Assembly: GCF_000143415.4 (NCBI RefSeq)
Contig: NW_003314287.1
Location: 1,323,514 to 1,387,513 of the forward strand
Length of the DNA: 64,000 nucleotides
DNA from: Selaginella moellendorffii
Lineage: Eukaryota > Plantae > Lycopodiophyta
Direction of reading: 5' to 3'
Under the pieces are notes generated by a model. The model had not been told where the DNA came from, did not search any database, and worked only from the letters and a program-made list of their open reading frames with translations. Shown here piece after piece: positions 9,783 through 23,239 of the stretch. Numbering within the stretch: the first letter of the stretch is position 1; every line of letters starts with the position of its first letter. The position numbers and the translations under genes were made by a program.

Positions 9783-12700
9783 AATCGATCCACCACCACA
9801 AATATCACATCAAATCCCTCACTTAGGGGGAGTCCCGTGATGAAGTCCATCGTAAGACATTTCCACGGACGATCTGGAATTGGGATGCTTTGCAACAAGC
9901 CCCCACTAGCCTTAGTCATAGCTTTTACCTGCTGACATGTTGGATATGTCTTTACATAGTCTTGGACGTCCTTAGCCATATCTGGCCAGTGATACTTCCT
10001 TTTGAGTAAGCCCATCGTCTTGGGCACTCCGCCGTGTCCTGCATGAGGTCCGTCATGACACTCTTCTAAGGCTACCTTCCTTAGTTCCCCTTCTGGAACA
10101 TACACCCTCGTTTGCTTATAATAGATGAGTCCGTTGCATTCCGCATAACCCGTTTTCTCTTCCGTTGGCAGCTCACCTCTTTGGTGAGCTTCCCGTGCCT
10201 CTAGATTCCTCAGCAACACTTCTTGTGCTAGACCATCATTCTCATATGCTGTCCGCACATTGTCCCAGAAGGTTGCTGTTGCGCTGGATATTGCCAACCT
10301 CAAGCTCACTTTTCGACTTAGCGCATCCGCCACGATGTTGCTCTTCCCAAGCTTGTACAGAATCTCGCAATCAAACTCGGCCAAGGCATTGGCCCACCGA
10401 CCTTATTTCCCTATCAGGTCGGGTTGTGACAAGAAGTGTTTCGTTGCCACATTGTCCGTGTAAACCTTGAAGTGTCTCCCAAGGTAGTGTCGCCACTCCT
10501 TGAGCGCCTTGACCACCGCAAACAATTCCTTCTCATGGGCAGGCCACTTCCGTTGAGCCTTGTCCAACTTCTTTGAGAAGAACGCTACCGGATGGTTGTC
10601 TTGCTTCAAAACTGCGCCCAATGCAAAGTCCGAAGCATCCGTTTCTACCTCAAAGTCCTTACCAAAGTATGGTAATGCCAATACGGGAGCCTTCCTCAAC
10701 TTCCCTTTGAGGTGGACGAATGCCGCCTCACATTCCGCTATCCATACCATCTTCCCTTTTCCTATTTGGTCCGTTAAGGGCAGGGCTACTCTTGAATAGT
10801 GTCTGATAAACTTTCGATAGTAGTTGCATAGCCCCAGGAATGCCCTCAACTCGTGTACATTCGATGGTCGCTCCCATTCCTGGATCGCTTGGACCTTCTC
10901 CGGGTCCACCTTGAGCCCGTCCTGGCCCACCACATGCCCGAGAAACTTTACCTCTTGTTGAGCAAAGTCACATTTGCTCTCTTTAGCATACAATTTGTGT
11001 TCCCTTAGTTTCTCAAACACCTTCGCCAAGTGTTCGGCATGCTCCCCTAGCGTCTCGCTATAGATCAGGATGTCATCGATATAGACGACCACGAAGTGAT
11101 CTAGATAGGGTACAAAGATGTGGTTCATCAACGCCAAAAAATGTTGCCGGCGCATTACATAGCCCGAAGGGCATCACCAGAAACTCAAAGCTCCCATACC
11201 TCGTTTGACAGGTTGTCTTCTCGACATCTTCCTCGGCTACCCTGATCTGGTAGTATCCTGACCTTAGGTCAATCCTCGAGAAGTATTTTGCCTTTCCCAA
11301 CCTATCGAACAGGTCCTCAATCCTTGGCAAAGGGTACTTGTTCTTCTTTGTATACTTGTTGAGCAACCAGTAGTCTATGCACATGCGCATAGATCCATCT
11401 TTCTTTTTCACAAATAACACCGGCGCCCCATACGGCGACTTGCTCAACCTAACATACCCTTTGTCCACCAACTCCTCTAGTTGGCACTTGAGCTCCTTGA
11501 GTTCTTTTTCGTTTAAACGATACGGGGGACGAACCACCACCTCAGCACCCTCGACCAGCTCAATCTTATGTTCTATCGGTCGTGCTGGGGGCAGCCCCGC
11601 CGGTAGCTCCTCCGGCATAGTATCCTAGAATTGGTCCAACACCCGCTGGATTACTAAAGGTACTTCTTCCGTTCCTGTCTTTTTGTCACTCTTCACCGAG
11701 AGTAAGCACAAAAAGGCTGCCTTAGTTCCTTTAGTGAGTTGTCCTCTCGTAGACACCAGGTTTAAGCAGGAATCTTTGGCCTTGTTTTGCCCTACCTTTA
11801 GATCTTGGGCCTCCACCCTAGATCTTCTTCCTTGGGCATTCGCCAGTACCACAAGATTCCTACTTTGTCCATGCAAGGCTACCACGAACCGATTGAACCA
11901 ATCCATTCCGAAGATCACATCAAATCCCGCCATGTCCAACACGGTGAAATCCATGTCCACCTTTCAAGTCCCCACTTCGACTCTCGCTTGTCGAAGTACC
12001 TCATCGGTGTTTTGGCTACCTTGAACAAACTCTATAGTCCTTGGTTTGCCTAGCCGCTGTACCGTTAGTCCGGCTTGCCAAACTATGTCTGCAGCCACAA
12101 AATTATTCGAAGCACCCGTGTCAATAAGGATCTTAACAAAGCTACCTCCGAGCTTCCCTCGGAGGGTTAGTAGATGTCGCGAACGACTCTTTACCAAAGT
12201 TGCTCGTGTAATGAGTAACTTTGAGTTAGGGACTGGATCACATACCTCAGTTTGGACTTCACCCGACTTGATGGCCATATTGGCTCTGGCCTTCTTCGGG
12301 TAGAGACATTCCCTCGAAAAGTGTTCCGCTTTGCCGCAGTTGTAGCATACGTTCTTTCCCACGCTGCTATACGGCTTGACCTTCTTATCTATGGGTTTGT
12401 CTCTTTTCGCTTGACTCCCCCACGTACTCGCTTGCTGGCCACCGGATTTGCCTTTCCAGAACCCCGAGGACTCATTCTTACAGAAACTCTTCTTGAATTT
12501 CCCTCTGCTAAACGTTCCCCTTGGTTTGGCCTCTGTCGTTCTCCACCAAGACTTGGCATTATCTGCCAAGTATGGTTTTGCACATGGGACCTTCTTCGAG
12601 CTCGGTAATCGCAATGCTCGGAAGTAGTCCTCCATATCATAAAACCAATTCTCCACCACCTTATAGTCGTTCACTCTCTTGAAGACCGGTGGGGGCTTTG

Positions 12701-13007
12701 GTTTGTACTTGGGTACTGCCTGAGGGACTGATTCCACTTCGGTTTGTTCGACCTTGTCTGGTTTTGCCTTAGTCCCTGCCGAAGGGTCCGCACCTTCTGC
12801 GCTGCCAGCATCCGCAGTCTTTCGCTTTTTCTTCTGCTTCTCATCACGCTTTACCTTGCGTATGAGAGTCTCCAGCAGGGCATTGGTCTGCGCCAATTGT
12901 CCTTCCAGAACGTCCAATCGAGCCTTGGACGACCAAACCCCACCACCAGACTCCTGTTTGGAAGTTGCCTCATTGGAGTCCTCCTCATGCAAGGATTCCT
13001 CATCCAT
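9783..13007 (-). pseudogene. gag-pol of element C, disrupted and 3'-truncated
   Basis: ORFs 11964-13007, 11625-11960, 11073-11618, 10403-11155 and 9677-10384 are collinear with the D polyprotein. Confidence 0.93.
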
Positions 13008-14057
13008 AGCCTCCTATTCGACCGGAGGCTCCAACTTTGGAGGAGGTTCCGTCTCTGCCTAGGTTCGCTTACATCCTGCCCTTGCCATCTCCCAGCAATC
13101 TGCCTCTATCCTTTGCTAGAACTGAGGAAGAGGCTCCAATACCAAATTGTAAGCCACAAAATTTTCCTTTCCAATTTGCCAGCTTACCTCGTCTATCCGA
13201 CCAACTCTGCCTTGGCTTGTGCTAAGTTCCCTCGCCAAGGTTCCCGCCTATGGTACCAGCTCCTACTTGGTCCTACTTGGTTTCAGCTACTCACTACACG
13301 AGCAACGGAGTGTTAGCCATCCATCTACAGATTCCCAAATCTCTCCCAATACCCCTCCCCGGGTTAGACTGGACTTAAGGTTCGGCTACACTCCCTGCAG
13401 GCACAAGCAGCCAAGCACACCAAGCCTCCAGATTCCTAACACCCCTTGGTACCACAAGACTTGATCATGGGACCCTCTAAATCCCAAGCCTTGGGTGTAG
13501 CACTTGCTTCGGGACGTCGAGGCGAAACACCGTGGCCTAACGGCCTGGTATGGGTACCTCTACGCCCCCACTTCCATCCCGAAGGGAAGGCCCAAGCCCC
13601 TAAGAAGGGCGAGGACCAATGAGCCACAAGGTACTCAAGTGGGGCACCACTCCACATGAGCCGGGAGCACCGCAGTCGGTTTCCCTTTCGGGAGTGGGAG
13701 CTGCTCTTGAGCACTTCCCTAGGTGGCCCCTTCGGCACCACTCAAGCCCATGCTCACTCCTACCCAAGGCCCCTCGGCCCCAATCTCAACCTCAAGTCAG
13801 TTTGGAAGCACCACTGGAGAGTTCCTTCAAGACTGGTTCCTAAACCTCACTATCCCTACTATACTTTTGGAACCCCCTGCAACCCCCCCCCCCCCCGGGA
13901 GACACACGCTTTGGGCTTTCACCCCTTGAGCTGTATTAGTATGTGGACTTAGTCTCATAATCGATCTCGGACTCAATCTCGGACCCGACTCCGGATTCGG
14001 TCTCGGACTCGATCTCGGACCCGACTCCAGATTCGGTCTCGGACTCGACTTCGGACC
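9783..14057 (-). mobile_element. Truncated Ty3/Gypsy element C (same family as D)
   Basis: Partial 5' LTR from 13148; Met PBS (rc TGGTATTGGAGC) ending at 13144; gag with CX2CX4HX4C, protease IDTGA, RT YIDD, RNase H and the integrase N-terminus, with stops and frameshifts; cut at the Cassandra LTR. Confidence 0.93.
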
Positions 14058-15289
14058 TCTTTCCTTTTAAGGGTTTGTATATGAGTTTTAAGTCAGTTTG
14101 GAGCGATTTAGAGAAGTTTTTTTTTCTCACACTTGTTTATTTCGAATGTAGAGGAAGGTTTTTAATTTTCTTGCCATTTTTTTAGAGAAGATTTTCAATA
14201 TTTTTCTCTATGGGGCATTAGAGGAGGTTGACAACTATCTCTCATGCCCAAGAGTGTGATTTTAGTATTTAACTCGCTATGTGAAAGTTGGTGCTCATGT
14301 TAATGTGTTTGCAACTGATATTGGATACTTTCTCCTCAATTGTTCTATGCTTTGTGATATACCATATTTTTCTTATGAAGTAAACACTTGCCATAATTGA
14401 GAGAATTAAGCAAATATTTTTAATTTTTTGTGATTTTTATTTGTAGAGAAAGCATTCACATAGTCCTATGCTTTATTTACATCTAATCTCATCAATTTTT
14501 ATGCTTTACGTCACAAGTTTGAGCATATTTTCTGCCAAGGTGTTTTTTTACTTGGATTATGAGGAGGGATTTCTTTTTTTTTTCTTTACTTTTACCATAA
14601 TTATTTTGTTATATACTTTGCCTTAAAGTTCTAAAGTGTTTTTAAGTGAGTATTCCTTGCAATGTTTTTGTTTCTTCTTTTTCTAAATGGTATTTAGTCA
14701 AGAGGAGCTCATCTCTATAAATTTTTTAGCATAAAGTGAGTGTTCAGGCATTTTTGGGCATTTTCTTGTGTGTTCTAAAGCATGTGGCAAGTGGTTTACC
14801 CTAGAAATTTATTTTTGCTTAGAGGTTACCTCTAAACTCATCTCATGATTGGGCATTTGCTGCACCTTCCTATACACATAAAGAGTATAGACAAGCAATT
14901 GATCCTTAGTTCTTAGCTCTTAGCTCCTTATGTATATGTAAAGTTTTTTAGGTTTCGACAAAATCTAGACTATGATACTACCTTGTTGAAGAGGGAAGAT
15001 TTACAATATAATGTAGATATCGAGTTAGCAAATCATATAGCACCTCCTTGCCTTGGATTTTTCCTCAAGTCACAAATCTATTATCCCTAAAGAAGCCAAA
15101 AGACATTTCTAAAAAACCCCTCAATACTTATAAATAATTGCAAATCAACAAAGGATGGCACAACAACCTCCACCACCTCTATGTAAGGAATCAACTCCAA
15201 AGGTGTTGTAAGTTAAAAGATCCCCAAAATCATGGATTAAGGATCCAAAAGTATAATAAGGATAGTGAGGTTAAGGACTTAGTCTTGAA

Positions 15290-16535
15290 AAAACTCTTTA
15301 GTAGTGCTTCCAAATCAAGTTGAGGTTGGGATTAGGGGTTACTAGCCTTGGGGTGGGAGTGAGCATGGACTCAAGAGTGCTAAAGAGACTTCTTAAAGAA
15401 GTGCTCAAGAGTAATTCCCACTATTGGAAGGGATATTGACTCCGCTCAAAGTTTGCCAACTTAAGATCGTTTACTATCTTCCGATCCAGGCGCAAGCATG
15501 GATGCCTTCCACAAAGATCCCACGCAAGATGCTCAGCTACATGCTCAAAGCAATCATCCGATCCGAGACTAGAAGCATATGCCTTCAAAAATATCCATCT
15601 GCGAGCAAGCCTGAAGCAGCTCAACGGCAACCCCTTTCTTGCCAACTAGAAATAGGGCAAATAGCACTCCTGATCACAGCACCAAAGATCCCATTAGCAA
15701 GCTCCCTTTCTTGCCAGCTAGAAACAGGACAAAATTGGGCATTTTGTAGCGCTCCTTCATGCAAAAATCACAACACACTCGTGAGCTCCCTATGAACATG
15801 CTCAAGGCGACTATCCGGGCATCTTGTAATGCTCATGCACGCAAAGATAAGATCAGCCTCTGCAATGCTAAGACCTAATTAATACTCTCAGCTCATATGG
15901 AGTGGTGCCCCACTTGAGTACCATAATTCATTGGTCCTTAGGGGCTTGGGCTTTCCTTTGGGGGAGTAGGGATACTTATACTTGGCTGTTGGTTATATTG
16001 TTTCCCTTCGGGATCCTAAAGTAAGAAATGCACCCAAGACTTGAGATTTAGAGGGTTTTATGATCAAGTTTTATTATACCAAAGGATGTTAAAAACCTAG
16101 AGGTTTGATATGTTTGACTGCTTATACTTATAGGGAGTGTAGTTAAACCTTAAATTTAGTCTAACTCAAGGAAGGGGATTGGGAGAGAATTTGAAAATCT
16201 AAGGATGGATGGCTAACACCCCGTTTCTCAAATAATGAGTAGCCGAATCCAAGTAGATCCAAGTAAGAGGTAGAGTACAATAAGTGTGAACCTTGGCAAA
16301 AGAATTTAATTGAGGCTAATGCAAAAGTGGTTAAATAGATGAGATAAATTGGAAAATTAGAAAAGGAAAATTTATGGTTTACAATTTCGTATTAGAGCTT
16401 TTTTCTTAGTTCTGACAAAGGATAAAGGGGGATTGCTAGGAGATGGATAAGGTAGGGTGTAAATGAACTAAGGTAAAGATAGAACCTCTTTCGAAGATGA
16501 AGTCTTTAGTTGAACAAGAAGTTGTGGATGAAGGG
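15290..16535 (+). mobile_element. Old decayed 5' LTR, PBS and leader of the C/D family, interrupted at about 15430-15888
   Basis: Reverse-complement similarity to the C/D LTR (GGAGTGGTGCCCCACTTGAGTACC); the LTR ends TTTACA at 16383 and is followed by TCGTATTAGAGC; heavy C>T/G>A decay. Confidence 0.8.
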
Positions 16536-18320
16536 GTTAAGGTAGTTTTTGAGTTAAGCTCACGAGTTGAGCTCAAGTCAATAATAGTCAATAAAAATCA
16601 AAGGACTAACTAGCTAAAGTTTAATGGCACTACTTTAGTTTGTCCCAAACCAAGAATTTTTAACTTAAAATTTAGGTGTTTAAGGTCATTATTGATTCAA
16701 CACTAATTAATCTTTTAGTCTACAAAGAAAGAAAATAATCTATTAAAAAACATAATTAAAAATAAAATCAGAATATATATAGTCTTCTACTTCTATGTCC
16801 AAAAAAGTAGAAATGGGTATAGTGGAATGCTCTTTCACTATAGGTTTGTATTGCATGTAATGTTGTGCCATATGTTCAACGTAAATGCACATTGCTCCAA
16901 AATGATTGGGAATCAAGGTTAGTGTTTTGCATTTGTATGCTCAGGTTTGAGTTCTTTAGTACTGTCATGTTTTTGGGGCTGTCGAGATCTAGGGGTAAAA
17001 TGCCGTTAGTTAAGTTGGATTTACTATTGTGGGATTGATAGTACTTATATAAGCTGGATCCATAGCTTAATTATTTTGAAGCTAGATTCCATGCTAGAGG
17101 AGTGGCCAATTGAGTGAAACTACAATCTTTTGAAAAAAAAATTTGAAAGTCTAAAGAGAAGCTAAAAACTTTCTCAAATCTATAAGCAACCAAAGAAAAC
17201 AACTCAAAAGACTCCATAAAAGTTCAAATATAGAAAGATTGATATTGCTCAATGCCTAGTTGTGGAGCAAAGGGGGATTACTACAGGGTGTGGGACTTGG
17301 CTATCAAGAACCCCAACAAGATCAGGACTGGAAAATGCAGAAGACAAAGAGAAAAGTTAGTAGAGACGAAAAAGAAGCCTTAAACTGGCATTGATTCAAA
17401 TTATGGAGAAATGGAATAAGGCTAACTTATATATACTATAGGTTGATGAAGCTCCACCACTCTTGGATTGAGGACAGCCTAAATATAGCTGAGGTCGAGA
17501 AGGTGCCATGTCATCATCAGGAATGTGGTTCGAGAATCAAGAATTGTACGGGAAATCAAAGAGTCAGGAATGTGGTCTGTGGGTCAGAAATCCAACAAGA
17601 GTCAGGAATGTGGTAAGAATTAGGGGATTCCTAACAGCACCCCTTTCTCAAGAACAAGTGGAACGAAGACGTGAATGAGAATGAAGAGAAGGATGAGATG
17701 GGCATCAAAGGATGGGAGATGGAGAATGAAAAGAATGAAGACTAGGATGAGAAGGATAGTGGTGGTGGAAGTCTTGAACAAGGTTAGGAGAATGAATCAA
17801 ATTGTCCACAGGTTCTCAAGTGTGTTCCTCAAGTCTGTAACCCTTCTAGTCTACCAGATAGTAGAGTTTAGATTGTGAGATCTTGGAATCAAGGATGTCT
17901 TGAACCTCGTACTCAGACCCATCCTCAAGCTGCACTGGTGGAGGCAGAGGAATGACCCGATTTGGAATAGGACTGGGAATATAAGGCTCAAGAAGAGAGG
18001 AGTGAAAAATGGGGTGAATTTGATATGAGGAGGGAAGTGCAAGGTGATAAGTGATAGGATTAATGATGGCAGTGATAGGGAAAGGACCGAGGCGTTTGAA
18101 ATCAAGTTTAGGACATGGCCTGGTGGTGGAGATATTTCGCCTGAGGAGCTAGACTTTATCCCTAATATTTTAAGGGGGACAATCTTGACGATGGACATTA
18201 GCGAATGTTTTGTGAGTTTCCTGAGCACGATGGAGGTGGAAGGAGATGGAGTTGTGGATTTCCTAGAGGTTGGAGACAAATGAAGGAAGTGAGAGATTGA
18301 ATCGGGGATTTTGGCCATAG

Positions 18321-18985
18321 TGTAGTGCATGTGATCATGGGATGAAATTTGGATAAACTGTCATTGTGGATCCTTGGAACCTTGGGGGATAAATAGGGAT
18401 AAAATAGCCACTAAGGGCTCTTTCATCAAGCAATTGCCCCTTTTCCAGTTGACTTAAGGGGAGAGAAATACATGTGGTATTAAATCAAATGGCACGGGTT
18501 CAATTCCCATTGATTAATGGCTATTTAAAAATATAACATACCCTTGAGCAAAAGTATATTCCTACCCCTAAATTTGAAATTGTATGTATTGGACATCCAT
18601 GCGTACGTCCTTCCTCTTGTGTGGAGTATCCACGGATGAAGGTATCCACTATGGGACTGCGATACGGGTGGATGACTAGTTGCCTCACATAGAATAACTG
18701 GTCTACACAATGGAAGGATTAGTAGATTGAGTGCGGAAATGGAGGTGTTGGTTCCCCTTGGCTCAGTAGGGGTTGTTAGTTAATAATCAATGAGGACATT
18801 GACATCTCTGAAAGGGGGGTGAGTGTAGTGCATGTGACCATAGGATGAGATTTGGATATACTTTCATTGTGGATCCTTGAAACCTTGGGGGATAAATAGG
18901 GATAAAATAGCCACTAAGGGCTTTCTCATCAAGCAATTGCCCCTTTTCCAGTTGGCTTAAGGGGAGAGAGATAGGGTGTGCTACA
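18321..18985 (+). mobile_element. TRIM (about 160-bp LTRs) nested in F
   Basis: LTRs 18321-18472 and 18824-18985 (TGTAG..TACA); decayed PBS TGGTATTAAA at 18475; PPT GAAAGGGGGGTGAG; no matching TSD. Confidence 0.85.
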
Positions 18986-19541
18986 TAGAGTTCGCAAAGA
19001 AGGGGGAAACTCGAAAGGAGGAGTGAACAAAGTTGTTATAAAAGAACTCAGCAAAGGGAAGGATATCAAATCAGTCATCCTGATGATAGTTGATGAAGCA
19101 CCTCAGGAATTGTTCTAACGTCTGAATCGTTCGTTTGGACTGTCCATCAGTTTAAGGATGATATGCCGAAGAGAGGTTGGCCTTCACTCTAAGCAGCTGC
19201 AAGAACTATTGCCAGAAATGAGAGATGAACTGAGGTCCTTGATCTGAAACCACATTTGTAGGAGTCCCATGAAGTCGAAAAATTTCCCTAAATACTAGTT
19301 TTGCCATGTCCTCACTCAAAAACTCCTTGGTACATGGCAGGAAGTGCGCCATCTTTGTGAAGCGATCCAACACGACTAAAATGCTGTTGAAGCCTCTAGA
19401 ACTAGAAAGATCACTCAAGAAATCCATGGAGATGGATTCCCAAGGACCTAAAGGGATCGAGAGGGAATGAAGCAAACCTGAAGGAAGGTGGCAAGGTACT
19501 TTATTCCAAGTGCAAGTATCATAGGAGGTAACAAAAGCTTT

Positions 19542-19828
19542 ATGCTTTATTTCGTTAAAGTGGAACTTATTCAGTAAAGTGGGACATTAATTAGCATGTG
19601 TCCACATGTCATTTCCTAGTACTTAATTAATATTTATTAATATTTCTATCTGTTTTTTAATTTATTTTTTATATTTCACAATATTATAACACAAAATCAT
19701 ATGAAAAGTTTTTAATTTATAAATTATAAAGCTAAAACTTTAATTTTTTATTGTTGTTATAAAAATGGCATATGGCCACACACCATAAGTGGGATAATGA
19801 AAAGTTCCACTTTAACGAAATAAAGCAT
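19542..19828. mobile_element. MITE, 287 bp, 27-bp perfect TIR, 4-bp TSD CTTT, inserted in F integrase
   Basis: ATGCTTTATTTCGTTAAAGTGGAACTT ... AAGTTCCACTTTAACGAAATAAAGCAT; CTTT on both sides; removal restores the YIKAFVT frame. Confidence 0.9.
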
Positions 19829-22800
19829 CTTTGATGTAGTTGTCCATATGAGGCCACCAAAAGTCCCGTGCAACCAGCTCATAGGTTTTCACAATGTCGA
19901 AGTGACCAACAGTTAGGCTATCGTGGCACACCATCAAGACTAACCTTTGAGCATCACCTTCAGGAACATAAAGCTGCTCCCCATGGTACAACAACCCATC
20001 TAAGAACTCGAACTCGTCAAATCGCTAGCAGTTAGGAATCACTAAGTGTCCAGCCTGAAGATGGGGGAAAATGTCACTGGCAAGGTTGTCGGATTGAAGA
20101 TTTTTTCTGATCGCGTCTATCAAGGAGAAGTCCTGAGGGGCCAAGGAAATTGCCATAACTTGAAGCCGATTAGGACCAAAGATAACCTGATCCTGTTGAT
20201 CGAAGGCAAGATTACCAAGCCTGAGATTGAGATAAAAGCGCCTTGAAAGAGCATCAAGAAGGCCATGAAGCTTTCCAGGTCTGTACTTGATAACAAAGTC
20301 AAACTAACTCAGGAATTGTGCCCACCTTGCCTGACGATGGCTCAAAACTCGGGAAGTGGCAAAGTACTCGAGATTTTTGTGATCCGTCTAGACCGTTGTT
20401 TGATGGCTCACCCCCTCCAAGAAACGACGCCTCTCTCCAAAGGAATCCACAATGGCAAGGAGCTCCTTGTCGTGGATTTCGTAATTGATCTCCGCAGGCT
20501 AGAATTTCCAAGAATGGAAAGCAACTGGATGAAATTCTTAATCCGCTCCAAGTTGAGACAACACAACACCGATGGCAAAGTTGGAAGTGTCCACCTCGAT
20601 GAAAAAAGGTTGTGAGGGATTAGTGTGGATCAAGATGGGAGCAGAACTGAAGGCCGCCTTGAGTGTGTCAAAGGCCTGCTGGGCTACAACAGACCAAGAA
20701 AAGGGAACATCCTTGCGAGTGAGATGTGTGAGAGGAAGGACAATGTTGGAGTAGTGATCAATGAATTTGCAGTAGAAGTTAGCAAAGCCAAGGAAAACCT
20801 GAACATCCGACATTGATTGTGGAGGCTCCCATTCGAGAATAGTCTTGACTTTGGTAGGATCCATCATGATACCCTCAGGAGTGACAATGTACCCAAGGAA
20901 CTCCACAGAATCCTAATCGAAGGAACATTTCTCAAGCTTCGCATATAGGCCATGTTCCCGCAGCTTCACCAACACTTTGCACATATGCTCATCGTGCTCC
21001 TCTTGAGTTTTTGAGTAGATAAAGATGTTGTCGAGGTAGATGATCACCATCTGATCAGGAAACTCTTGAAAGATGTCACTTGCCATGTGTTGGAAAACTG
21101 CTGGAGCACTTGTCAAGCCAAACGGCATGATAGTGTACTCGAAATGGCCATAGCAGGTTCGGAACGCAATCTTCCATTCATTGCCAAGCCGGATCCGGAT
21201 CAAGTTGTATGCTCCACAGAGGTCAATCTTGGTGAAGAAGCGGGCACTGCCAAGGCATTGTAACAGGTTTGAGATCAGGGGCAACAGATAACAATTCCAA
21301 ACAGTCACCTTGTTCAAACCTCAATAGTTGATGATTAGCCACAAACTCCAATCCTTCTTTTTGACAAAGAAGATAGGCACTCCAATTGGGGACTACAAAT
21401 GCTGAATGTACCCCGATGCAAAGTTCTCGTCCATATACTCTTTAAGGGCTTTAAGCTCGGACGGGGATAACCTGTAGATAGGCCCCCATGGAGGTGACGC
21501 TCCTTCCTGTAAATCAATGGGACAATTGTAAGGCTGATGAATAGGCAGTACACTAGCTTTTTTCTTGTCAAACACATCCCCAAAATCATGATACTTCTCA
21601 GGAAGACTGACAGGAGAAACATGCAAAGCAAAAAGGAAAACAGGTTCTTTGTGAAGGAGTTCTTTCATAGTGATTATGGAGATAGGAGGAGGCGTACAAA
21701 TGAATGGAATGATGGGACGAGGATACTGTCCAATGTAAGATGGAAGAGAGGGAAAAGAAGATTGAAGGATAGGGAGTAAAGAGGGTGAAAACTTCGTAGA
21801 GTCAAGAACAAAATCCCAATTTGAGTTTAGGGAACTTTTCCTGATTCGGACTCGATGAATAGCAGGGGAAGACATGGGAAATGGTGACGTGGGAGAGACG
21901 AGCTGTAATTCCTTCCAACAGATCTGAGGCTGGTGCAATTGGAACCAAGGAAGGCCGAGCACCACAGAGGAGGACTTGATGTTGATGATGTTGAAGGCGA
22001 TATCGGTAACGGTGTGTAAGCCACAAATTTTTCCTTTCCACTTTGCCAGCTTACCTCGCCTATCCGTCCAACACTGCCTTGGCTTTTGCTAAGTTCCCTC
22101 GCCAAGGTTCTCGCCTATGGTACCAGCTCCTACTGGGTTTCAGCTACTCACTACACGAGCAACGGAGTGTTAGCCATCCTTCCATGGATTCCCAAATCAC
22201 TCCCAATCCCCCTCCCCGGGTTAGACTGGACTTAAGGTTCGGCTACACTCCCCGCAAGCACAAGCAGCCAAGCACACCAAGCTTCCAGGTTCCTAACATC
22301 CCTTGGTACCACAAGACTTGATCATGGGACCCTCTAAATCCCAAGTCTTGAGTGCAACGCTTGCTTCGGGACGCCGGGGCGAAACACCGTGGCCTAGCGG
22401 CCCGGTATGGGTACCTCTCGCCCCCCACTTCCATCCCGAAGGAAGGCCCAAGCCCCTAGGAAGGGCGAGGACCAATGAGCCGCATGGTACTCAAGTGGGG
22501 CACCACTCCACATGAGCCGGGAGCACCGCAATCGGTTTCCCTTTCGGGAGTGGGAGCTGCTCTTGAGCACTTCCTTGGATGGCCCCTCCGGCACCAGCCA
22601 AGTCCATGCTCACTCCCACCCAAGGCCCCTCGGTCCCAGTCCCAACCTCAAGTCGGTTTGGAAGCCCAACTGGAGAGTCCCTTCAAAACTGGTTCCTGGA
22701 CCTCACTATCCCTACTATACTTTTGGAACCCCCTGCAGCCCCCCCCCCCTGGGAGACGCACGCTTTGGGCTTTCACCCCTTGACCCGTATTAGTATTTGG

Positions 22801-23239
22801 ACTTAGTCTCTGGCTCGATCTCGGACCCGATTTCGGATCCGACTTCGGATTCGGGTTCGGACTCGATCACGGACTCGATCTCGGACCCGATCTCGGACCC
22901 GACCTCGGACTCGACCTCGGACTCGGTCTTGGACCCGATTTCGGATCTCGGACTCCGTCTCGAACTCGGTCTCGAACTCGGACTCGAACTCGGTCCCCGA
23001 GTCCGTCTCGGACTCGATTCCGGACTCTATCTCGAACTCGGTCCTAGAGTCGGTCTTGGACTCGATCCTCGACTTGGTCCCATCCGATGAACTCTTTGTC
23101 ACTTCGGTCAAGCTTTTGGGGATCCTTTAGCCTACGACATCTCGGGGAGTCGGTTCCTTACAACTCCACCACCCATAGAAGAAGTTCGATGCCCACATCG
23201 AATGTCTCGTCTTATCCTACGACTTGTTGTCCATGTCTC

